Assembly (NCBI GenBank): GCA_002633005.1
Contig: NMRA01000022.1
Location: forward strand, 929,357-993,356
DNA: 64,000 bases
Direction: 5' to 3'
DNA from: Phoronis australis
Taxonomy: Eukaryota; Animalia; Phoronida
Part shown: positions 12,544 to 22,250 of the stretch, piece after piece
How positions within the stretch are numbered: the first letter of the stretch is position 1
Layout of the letters: every line of letters begins with the position of its first letter
Translations under genes and position numbers: made by a program
The notes under the pieces: generated by a model
Seen by the model: the letters and a program-made list of their open reading frames with translations, nothing else
What the model was told of the DNA's origin: nothing
Database searches by the model: none

Positions 12544-15327
12544 ATGGTTTCGGAGGCGGATATTCTTCTAAATAGACTTGAAGATGTTCCCAACATATGC
12601 CAGGTAAAGCTGGGTTCTACGAATCCGGGCAAGATCAAGGGCGTTCTGAAGAGGCTCGAGCAGGAAATGTGTGAGGATACTACACATGGTGTGGAGTGGT
12701 TACGAAGCATGAACCTGAAGACATACTTACATATGGAGATAAATAGCTTCAAGGACATCAAAAGTGCTCGCAAATTGAACGAAGAAGTTAGAAAAGCAAA
12801 ACCTGATAACCTTGCTGCTATCTGTCACCACATTCGGCTTCTGCTCATTAATGATATTGCTCAAGCTAGGAAACAAGTGGATCATGTCGATCAGTTGCGC
12901 AAAACGCCAGGTTACGGAGAGTTGGTCCTTGAAGCGAAGGCCGAGTTGGCTTACTGCTATTCACGCTTTGGTCCTACATTCCACAACCAGTCTCTGAGTC
13001 TTTTTGAAGAGGTTCTTGCGGTGACATCCAACAATTACTTGTGGAGGTTTGGTTACGGTCTAGTGTTACAAAGGTGCCTCAATCCAGAGAATTATGTTGC
13101 GTCTCAAAAATTTGATGGCACTGCCTTTTTCCTCAAAGCTGTTGACGCGTTGTACGAAGTGACGAAATCTACAGACACCGCATTAGCTGCGCAAGGGTGG
13201 GTAAAAATAGGAACTTGCATCACTCTTTACAAGAAAATGACTAAGGAGTATAAACCAGGTGAAGAAGTGGCTATGAAACGGCTCAGTGTGCTGAATATAA
13301 ACCATGCGAAGATGTGTTACGAAAAGGCCATACAAATAGCACCGGAAAATCGTATTGTATTACAAGAGTGCGGACGGTTTTACCGCAGGCGTGAATACCA
13401 AAACATGGAGCTTGCAGAAATGTATTTGAAAAAGGCACACGAAATACAGCCGACTGTTTTCAACTGTCAACATTTAGGTTTGCTACACATTGATAAATGG
13501 AAAGTTGAAATGCGCATGCGTAGATCTCCATCGTTTCCTAATTCCCCTCACAGAAGCACTGGGGTCCGTGGCAGGAGTCCTAAGTACAGTGACAGGGGCT
13601 GCAGAAGGGATGGGGTCAGTGTTTCAAGAAAACTCCAGTGGGAGAGTAGTTCCTTGCGCCCGCCTGATGTAAAGGATAGACCTGAAAGTCGATTAAGTCA
13701 TTCTATATCTTTGCCAGCCAGTGAACCAAATCTAGAATCGGGCTACTACAGTTCAGACTTCTGTGAAGCTGACACTAATTTAAGAGCAAACTTTTCGGCT
13801 TTAGCTGTGTCCCCGGAAAGTCACATGCCTAGGCTTTCCGAAACGCTGAGGTCTCGGCAACAATTTTGTGTTCCAGTTGTTACGCCCGGACGTGGCTCAC
13901 AAATTCGCACTGCACTAAACAAAGGTGAAAGTGCTTCTTCAACAACTGTCTGTCAGAACGTAACACCAACACGTAGTTCGGAACAACAGGCCACGCCGCA
14001 AAATATACGTTCCGTCAAGTCTTCCTTATATTCCAGTTCAAGCCAAGAAATTTCGAGCGCAGATATTATTCGAAGGTACATAAAGTCGCCTAAAGTATTA
14101 CTCAAAGCTGATGACCCAGGTGATCCTAACCTGAACAATGCATTACAGTATTTGGAGGAAGCATGTAAGCTGACCAAGGAAACCATAATATCTGTCATGA
14201 GCATAAGTGGTCAAGTCTACCGCCATCTCGGGAAGAATAAAGACGCTATTGATTGTTTTGCGGAGGTCACACGTTGCGGCAGCGCCGGACTCTTGTCCAA
14301 AATTTCGGCTTTCGAACAACAAGGCTATTGTTTTGTTGAACTCGCAAACATGAGCAGGGATGAGGTTGAAAGGCGCGATTATCTCGATAGCGCCCTGGCG
14401 ATGTTCTTTTTTGCAATAGAGAATGCTGTCTTATTAGAAGTAGACTTACCGTTTGCGTACGGCCCTCCTTCTAAAAAAACACTGCAGGAGCTTCTAGAAG
14501 AGCAATCACTACAGCGTCCTCGTGAAAAGCAGCCCCGTAAACAACTTAGTGACTTTCACCAGTTGATAGGAAACCACAAAATTGCCTTGAGTTATCTGGA
14601 CGATGTTCTTCGACTTGATCCTAATGACTTCGAAGCCCATATGAAAAAGGCACAACTTCTAATGAAAGATGGCCAGCATGAGAAAGCCCTCTGTTTTATG
14701 ATGATGCTTTTGAAAACTAAGTTTAAAAATCAAGTACTGAACGAGAAGAAGTCGATGCTCCTAGCTGCTGTTACGGCCGCAAATAAACGACTGGAGAACA
14801 ACGAAATTGAAATCGCCAAGGAATACTTCAAGCGAGCTTACCAGATAAAATTTGGAGTCGTGGATGAAGGCAAAGATGATGACGACAGCTATGCACAACT
14901 ACATGTATTCATTACTGGCAACCCACCGGAAAGTTTTCCCTATTTTTCATCTGTATTAAAAAGGTACTTCGACCTGGAGTGTTTTTCGTCTGACAATATT
15001 TTTCCAGGGAGGCATGTACCTGAAGTGATTTCAACTGCAATAGAGAAGTCCACCAATTTCCTGATAATAGGTTCACAACCCAAAGCCGACCAAAAGGAAT
15101 TCCATATTATACAAGAGGTTCTTGTGTCTGTGAAGAGCAGACAGTCTGAAAGGTATAGCTTAACGGTTTCTGCCGATGGCAGTGGATGTATGGATCCATG
15201 TTTGAAACATTGTAGCCCTAATATAATTGCTCCGTTCAGTGATTGGAAGAAATCTGATGAAAGTCCAAAGTTGGTGGTTGACCTGTTCAAAGCCATTATC
15301 AGCTTCAACCAGGTGTCCTCTCAGTGA
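12544..15327 (+). CDS. IFIT/TTC22-like TPR protein with Ser/Arg-rich insert and C-terminal TIR-like domain, copy 2 (intact, 927 aa)
   Basis: Uninterrupted ORF. The ATG at 12544 follows a branch point gactaac (12521) and acceptor ttgttttag (12539), which implies an upstream non-coding exon. IFIT-like segments are EAKAELAYCYSRFGP...LFEEVLAVTSNNYLWRFGYGLVLQR and VLQECGRFYRRRE...AEMYLKKAHEIQPT. The TIR-like segment reads LHVFITG...SDNIFPGRHVPEVISTAIEKSTNFLIIGS...IIQEVL. Confidence 0.9.
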   Translation: MVSEADILLNRLEDVPNICQVKLGSTNPGKIKGVLKRLEQEMCEDTTHGVEWLRSMNLKTYLHMEINSFKDIKSARKLNEEVRKAKPDNLAAICHHIRLLLINDIAQARKQVDHVDQLRKTPGYGELVLEAKAELAYCYSRFGPTFHNQSLSLFEEVLAVTSNNYLWRFGYGLVLQRCLNPENYVASQKFDGTAFFLKAVDALYEVTKSTDTALAAQGWVKIGTCITLYKKMTKEYKPGEEVAMKRLSVLNINHAKMCYEKAIQIAPENRIVLQECGRFYRRREYQNMELAEMYLKKAHEIQPTVFNCQHLGLLHIDKWKVEMRMRRSPSFPNSPHRSTGVRGRSPKYSDRGCRRDGVSVSRKLQWESSSLRPPDVKDRPESRLSHSISLPASEPNLESGYYSSDFCEADTNLRANFSALAVSPESHMPRLSETLRSRQQFCVPVVTPGRGSQIRTALNKGESASSTTVCQNVTPTRSSEQQATPQNIRSVKSSLYSSSSQEISSADIIRRYIKSPKVLLKADDPGDPNLNNALQYLEEACKLTKETIISVMSISGQVYRHLGKNKDAIDCFAEVTRCGSAGLLSKISAFEQQGYCFVELANMSRDEVERRDYLDSALAMFFFAIENAVLLEVDLPFAYGPPSKKTLQELLEEQSLQRPREKQPRKQLSDFHQLIGNHKIALSYLDDVLRLDPNDFEAHMKKAQLLMKDGQHEKALCFMMMLLKTKFKNQVLNEKKSMLLAAVTAANKRLENNEIEIAKEYFKRAYQIKFGVVDEGKDDDDSYAQLHVFITGNPPESFPYFSSVLKRYFDLECFSSDNIFPGRHVPEVISTAIEKSTNFLIIGSQPKADQKEFHIIQEVLVSVKSRQSERYSLTVSADGSGCMDPCLKHCSPNIIAPFSDWKKSDESPKLVVDLFKAIISFNQVSSQ

Positions 15328-15559
15328 CAAGGAGCATTCCCGATTGGCATGTATTGTTCAAAGGGCACTGTGATGTGGCGAGCGAAGACTTTCTTTCGTT
15401 ATCTCGCGAAGTTCAGGGTACTTACCGTATTGGAATGAGTTCAGTTGCGACCCGACGTTAGTACATACTGGTTTCCTCTAGACTTGTGAGTGAGACAGGG
15501 TGATTGTCTATGGCCCAATTTTTGAATAATCATGACGTGACCATAAAAAACTTAGGACT

Positions 15560-16350
15560 AAGAGTTGAAATCGACAGCTACAAATCGTGTATACTCTTGT
15601 ATTATGTTGGATACGTCGAACCAATGGTGCTTCAAGTGGAGAATGACAATAAGTGAAGAAAAAACCAACACTGTCACCTATAAGCCTACGTCTCATACAT
15701 TGACATCTTTCAACTTTGCCCATGGAAATCTTACACTAAGTAAAAAGAATTGGTGCAAATAATTGGGTGTGTTTTTAGACGAACATTTAGATTTTGCCTT
15801 GACATCGGTTGTTTTGACTACGGCTAAAGGGAGAGCAGTTGGGAGATTGATGTCGAACTTTTTAAATTTAAAAGTGCTTTTAAAAAAGGCTTGGGATATC
15901 AAACTGACACAAAAACTGTTCGACTTCCCCGAGGTCGTATCCTTGATTATTGTGCAGGAGTATAGGGATTCAATTAGCGTAGCAAATGTGATACAGTACA
16001 AAATAGGTATCAACACTGTTTTCTCGTAGTTCATAGAGTTGCGCCAAATATAGCCGTTCTTGACGACATGGCTTGGCATGATTCTACATGTACTTTGCGA
16101 GGGAAAGTTCAAATGATCAGACTCTGGAATAGATTAGTCACAATCGAGGATTCCAGAGTTACTAAGGTGTGCAAAGGCAACTGGATGACACCAGGTCAGA
16201 CCAGATCCAAACAGCGCCCAAATTGAGAAATCTAATTACTTTTTAAATTGCTTTTGACACAGAAGTACACATTGAGGTTCCACTTGACTGATCTGTACGG
16301 CCATTTCCGGCTTTCTCCGTTTTGCAGTGGAATTCTTCCTCTTAGAATAG
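15560..16350 (+). mobile_element. Decayed non-LTR retrotransposon (LINE) ORF2 C-terminal fragment
   Basis: Degenerate translations include K*LGVFLDEHLDF (post-RT KYLG motif), IRLWNRLVTIEDSRVTK and SGILPLRI, all typical of LINE ORF2 C-termini. Frameshifts and stops are present. Confidence 0.65.
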
Positions 16351-17351
16351 ATTTTAATTATTTCAAATGTAGTTATAATCCAGCCTTGGTCTCAAATGTT
16401 TCTAAAATACGAGCGTAAGATTGCGTAATATGACGACCCTTTTCACGCCCATGTTTTATTCGGAGAACAGTGCATAAAGCATATTATCCCATAGGCGTTG
16501 AATCTGTTGAGGGAAATACGGCCATGTAATAAAGTTTTCCGTATTCACCTCCCGCACTACTTCAACAGTGACCTCTGACATGAAAAGTTCAAAAGGTAAG
16601 TCAATGTCGACTCGACGTCGTTAGCGGGTTCGATCACCAAACTTTCGGAAAATAGTTTAAAGTAATATAATTATAGCAGTGTAAATAACGCTCAACATAC
16701 AATCAGGTCTCAATTGTAACGTCTGGAACAGACCGGACTGTTAATTATCTGACAGTTCTGTCTCAGTTTTCATTTGCTAAATATTTTATCGTCTGCAACT
16801 CAGGAGCCGATTCCTCTGTAACTGAAATATCAATATTGTTGTTATTTAACTATTTTCAGGTGATGTTACAAGTTCAATCAAAAGTTACCCTTGTTTTCAT
16901 CTTTGTTATCTCTTTTCAAGAAATAAATCGTCACTTTTAAAATTATTTCTTTTACTAGAGGAAACTTGCAGCCTAACGCGCAAGTACATACAATTAGGAT
17001 GTGATCCGCCACGTGAAGAGTCTGAGTGAATTATTTCAAAATCTGCAGAAAAATGAAAGAAACTTAGGAATTCGAAAAGTATGGGATAAATACATTCGGT
17101 CGCAGTCGATACGCGTAATAATGTCTCGTGGGATATTACTTCATGTACGCCACTCTCGGTGCAGGTTACAATCCGATTCTTTCAGTATATTGGATTTTCA
17201 AATGTCTTCCTCTTACTACATGTATTTATCTTGATTTCGTTGTGCAAAAGCTATCAGATATTTTCAATTGTTCACAGTTGTGACATACTTTTCCACAGTC
17301 CGATGTTTTCATACTCTGCACTGAACTGAGAGACAATTAGGCTACAACAGT

Positions 17352-19037
17352 GGCCGGTTGCATGAAACACTGAGTCCCAAATATCTAAGGTTATAAGTCT
17401 TTTTGCGTATTTGTGCTTTTATTGACTCACTGATGCAATATTTTTCAATCAGTTTATCTTTATTATGATCTCCTCTTTGATTAATGACATTTCCTAATAA
17501 TATAACTAAAAACTGAGCCCAGAGTTCGTTGAAATTAAATAGCGCATACCGTGAGTAATACGCTTACAAGGAAGCAACGCATTTCTAAAGATATGCGGGA
17601 ATTTTCACCGCTCGTCCTAGCTTCTGAGCGTCTTTTTCCAGGATCAAAGAGAGAGCGCAGCGCCGGAGTCAGGTACAGTTGTGATGACCACATTGCGCTA
17701 TACGAGCAAGACCCAATTAAGTGTAATTACCCCACCATAAACTGTTAAACATCTCTGCCTGTACATAATGGAGAATTTTCAAAATGCATAAACCAATAAC
17801 TTTCGTTAAAAACGAACACCACGGCGACATTCAGCTGGAAAAAAAACAACCAAGTACGGTTTTCAATTTTTAAAAATCAATGAACTACAGTAATAATCCA
17901 AAAACTACAACCATTGATTGGATTAAAAATAAACTACCGCGCGTATTGATATACTCGGTGGATATACAAACGCTGATCAGAGTAAACAATATGACATGGA
18001 TTCATTTTTTTAATATTCTTTCAATCTCGTTTAACCAGATTTTTGACCAGGAAACAGTTGTACTTAAATAACTTGTGCCCACTTTTTTATTACTGACAAA
18101 GAGCTACATGTAGAATAGTTATATAGTCAGTGCCACCAAAATTGTCCCGAGAGATTTTAAGTCTTCAGTTTGGTTATCACCATTGCACTTTGTATATATT
18201 TTATGATTTGAGTTCCAATGAAGATTAAACTTTAATGAAATGCTTAGTACAGGCACCTGTAATGTGGAAAGTTCAAGGATGGGCTCACAATGAACTTAAC
18301 TAATTAAGTTTCGCTGGCGATCAAAATCTACCTTTGTTTTGGTACTTCAAGTTTAAAACTTAGATAAAAAGTTATCAACCAGTTCCAGGTAAAAAAAAAC
18401 AAAACACAATGGACAGAAGCACTAAAAATTAAATAGAGAAAATGAAACATATCGTTCCTTTGGGAGGTGGCCCCAATGTGAAGATAAACACAAGTTAACC
18501 TTTTTAGTCATTGTGTAATATTTATAATGAACCAAGTTAACACTACTCTCCATAGTTGCAGGCTGTAACTCTGCAAATGTCAGAGGAAACCCTGAAATAG
18601 CTAGGGCCGGGTTCAGTGACGACAACCCATGATTTTTGTGACAGTGATGCTACAGCTACATGTAGCTATTACCTTTCTACTTCATTGAGCTCAGATCTAC
18701 ATCAATACAAAGGGCGTGTTGGATAGGCATCGTAACAGTAGTGAGGGGCTAAGGGAATCGGTGACCAGTGTAAGCGAGAAATTCTCCACATGGGGGACTC
18801 GGTCCTTAAATTGGTGGTGACGTTTTATGAAAAGATCCTTAATTATTTTTGATAATATTGACAATTATAGTAGAGTTCACTCTCAATTTGTCAAAAATTG
18901 ACTTAGTATTGAAACTAAAATAACGCAAGAAAGGGCAATCGATGTTTTCACGAGTCCCAAAATACGCAGTAGGCCTAAAAGAATTTTGAACTTAGCAGAG
19001 TTCCTATACTGACTGAGGGATTTCATGCAACCGAGCA
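17352..19037. mobile_element. Non-autonomous TIR element, family C (PIF/Harbinger-like MITE), long copy
   Basis: Ends are tggccggttgcatgaaa ... tttcatgcaaccgagca. It shares internal motifs (ataactaaaaactgagccc; gaaaagatcc; aaaaattgactta) with 50724-51112. Confidence 0.65.
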
Positions 19038-20944
19038 CTCAACAAATTCGTCGCCGCCACCGCCTAATGTCACTGGTGCATGCCCTCGAATGTCTAAATT
19101 TGTTGTTTAACTTCGGTCAAAAATAAGAAAGCACAGTAGCCTAGTAAAAACAGCACGTGATAGCCTTTCGGACGACTAACACACGCTTTATGGCCCCTGA
19201 CTTCGCAAAGTTTGTTTTCTCACATGACCTGGAATTATCTCATTGACCTAAATACTATGTAGGTCAAGTTAAAATGGCAGGAGTGTGAGTCTTGTAAAGA
19301 AACGTGTTATCTCGGTAAACGCAGTATTTCAGCACTATTGACTTGGTGCGGTAGGTACCTCATTGTTTGACGTNNNNNNNNNNNNNNNNNNNNNNNNNNN
19401 NNNNNNNNNNNNNNNNNNNNNNNNNNNNNNNNNNNNNNNNNNNNNNNNNNNNNNNNNNNNNNNNNNNNNNNNNNNNNNNNNNNNNNNNNNNNNNNNNNNN
19501 NNNNNNNNNNNNNNNNNNNNNNNNNNNNNNNNNNNNNNNNNNNNNNNNNNNNNNNNNNNNNNNNNNNNNNNNNNNNNNNNNNNNNNNNNNNNNNNNNNNN
19601 NNNNNNNNNNNNNNNNNNNNNNNNNNNNNNNNNNNNNNNNNNNNNNNNNNNNNNNNNNNNNNNNNNNNNNNNNNNNNNNNNNNNNNNNNNNNNNNNNNNN
19701 NNNNNNNNNNNNNNNNNNNNNNNNNNNNNNNNNNNNNNNNNNNNNNNNNNNNNNNNNNNNNNNNNNNNNNNNNNNNNNNNNNNNNNNNNNNNNNNNNNNN
19801 NNNNNNNNNNNNNNNNNNNNNNNNNNNNNNNNNNNNNNNNNNNNNNNNNNNNNNNNNNNNNNNNNNNNNNNNNNNNNNNNNNNNNNNNNNNNNNNNNNNN
19901 NNNNNNNNNNNNNNNNNNNNNNNNNNNNNNNNNNNNNNNNNNNNNNNNNNNNNNNNNNNNNNNNNNNNNNNNNNNNNNNNNNNNNNNNNNNNNNNNNNNN
20001 NNNNNNNNNNNNNNNNNNNNNNNNNNNNNNNNNNNNNNNNNNNNNNNNNNNNNNNNNNNNNNNNNNNNNNNNNNNNNNNNNNNNNNNNNNNNNNNNNNNN
20101 NNNNNNNNNNNNNNNNNNNNNNNNNNNNNNNNNNNNNNNNNNNNNNNNNNNNNNNNNNNNNNNNNNNNNNNNNNNNNNNNNNNNNNNNNNNNNNNNNNNN
20201 NNNNNNNNNNNNNNNNNNNNNNNNNNNNNNNNNNNNNNNNNNNNNNNNNNNNNNNNNNNNNNNNNNNNNNNNNNNNNNNNNNNNNNNNNNNNNNNNNNNN
20301 NNNNNNNNNNNNNNNNNNNNNNNNNNNNNNNNNNNNNNNNNNNNNNNNNNNNNTTCTCCACATGGGGGACTCGGTCCTTAAATTGGTGGTGACGTTTTAT
20401 GAAAAGATCCTTAATTATTTTTGATAATATTGACAACTATAGTAGAGTTCACTCTCAATTTGTCAAAAATTGACTTAGTATTGAAACTAAAATAACGCAA
20501 GAAAGGGCAATCGATGTTTTCACGAGTCCCAAAATACGCAGTAGGCCTAAAAGAATTTTGAACTTAGCAGACTCCTATACTGACTGAGGGATTTCATGCA
20601 ACCGAGCACTCAACAAATTCGTCGCCGCCACCGCCTAATGTCACTGGTGCATGCCCTCGAATGTCTAAATTTGTTGTTTAACTTCGCTCAAAAATAAGAA
20701 AGCACAGTAGCCTAGTAAAAACAGCACGTGATAGCCTTTCGGACGACTAACACACGCTTTATGGCCCCTGACTTCGCAAAGTTTGTTTTCTCACATGACC
20801 TGGAATTATCTCATTGACCTAAATACTATGTAGGTCAAGTTAAAATGGCAGGAGTGTGAGTCTTGTAAAGAAACGTGTTATCTCGGTAAACGCAGTATTT
20901 CAGCACTATTGACTTGGTGCGGTAGGTACCTCATTGTTTGACGT
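18782..20944. other. Scaffold gap (N, 19374-20353) flanked by a ~590-bp direct duplication, probably an unmerged contig overlap
   Basis: 18782-19373 is almost identical to 20354-20944, and the copies abut the gap exactly. Confidence 0.85.
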
Positions 20945-21063
20945 TGCATTGATCAATTAACAGTGGAATCAATCTCGAAAGTGTCGAACTGATTATTCGA
21001 TTTGACTTAGTCACGCAACACGCATCACAGACAGTTTTGTCCACAGTACGCAGACGTAGCATG

Positions 21064-21161
21064 CACAGGCGTCCTCAGCTTCTGATCGTCCCCAATACAC
21101 TACAAGCTTGTAGTATTATATGTAGTGTATTGGGGACGATCAGAAGCTGAGGACGCCTGTG
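21064..21161. mobile_element. 98-bp hairpin MITE: perfect 41-bp inverted repeats, 16-nt spacer, 8-bp TSD gtagcatg
   Basis: The arm cacaggcgtcctcagcttctgatcgtccccaatacactaca (21064-21104) has its exact reverse complement at 21121-21161. The octamer gtagcatg lies at 21056-21063 and 21162-21169. Confidence 0.85.
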
Positions 21162-22250
21162 GTAGCATGCTACGCTACGCTACTCGCTAGTCCTAGTGAC
21201 AGTGTAATGACCCTACTCAGCTACTAGTACCTGGTTTGTTACTGGACTCTCAAACGACCACTTTAAGTGGCAGACGATCCACCTTTCAACGTTGTCTATA
21301 TTAAGTGTTTGTTTGGCCTTAAACTGGCATCATGCCCATTGACCCCAGGCATGGCCAAAGTTTAGACAGCCGTAGCAGGGGCAACGTGTTGTTTGCCAAA
21401 TCCCAAGCACACACGGCTTGTCCACGATCAGGGTACTATAATTGCATTTACTGTCATGTTATGACGTGTTTTCAAGTATTTAAGTCCACATTAAATTTTG
21501 TTCCCAAATGATGAGTGTGTTTGGGTAAATCACAATCAAGGTCCATATTCGGTGGCCACTTTTGATGAAAAATTCTATGGTCTGATGCATCGAAGTTGTA
21601 TAAAAGGGTAGTAAACTACAACTTGTGGTCACAGCTCTTTTTTAATTTGCACAACTAAATAACCTTTTACATATGAGATTCAGTTTCCATTCAGCAAGTG
21701 ACCAAAAAAATTATTAGCCCATAACACAGCTTTCGAATATGGACCTTGATTGTGATTTACCCGATTGTACTATTGTCAATGAATTCTTCAAAGGGATGAT
21801 GATATTGGCCTCTGAAATTTTAGAGTGCTACAAGTTACCAGAAACATTGCAATTTTTGATGTTATATTTGCTCATTAGGAAGATAGCAATTATAATTATG
21901 CATTTAGATATATGGTATCATAGGAAAACCTTTTAAAATGCACAATTCCTGCAGATAATGGTCTATATATATGGCATGAAAATATTTATTCTAAGGGAAA
22001 TTTCACTTATTAAGCTGAAGTAAAGGCAATTAATCACATTTTGTAGGAAAGCTCAGCAAGATAACTAAATGAATAAATCAATGCATTTGTGATCGTCAAG
22101 AAGTTTAAAAGTTTTTGGTTGTATGGATTGGAAATTTATTAAGTACTTGGTCTAAGGTGATTATGGTAATCAAAAATGTTGATTCCTTGTAACAATGTTA
22201 ATCGATTAGCTTAGTCATTTTGCACGTTTGTTTACTTTGCAATATTTTAG

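Noticed and set aside
19335-20436. Long ORFs of 341-358 aa
   Set aside because: They are runs of X produced by the N-gap. The same applies to 41966-42278.
18782-20944. LTR pair around an internal region
   Set aside because: The copies abut an N-gap exactly, lack TG...CA ends, and cut through the end of a TIR element, which indicates a contig overlap artefact.
21332-21432. Extra upstream coding exon of GPAM
   Set aside because: Splicing it to 22251 is out of frame and soon hits a stop, so at most it is a 5'UTR exon with a uORF.
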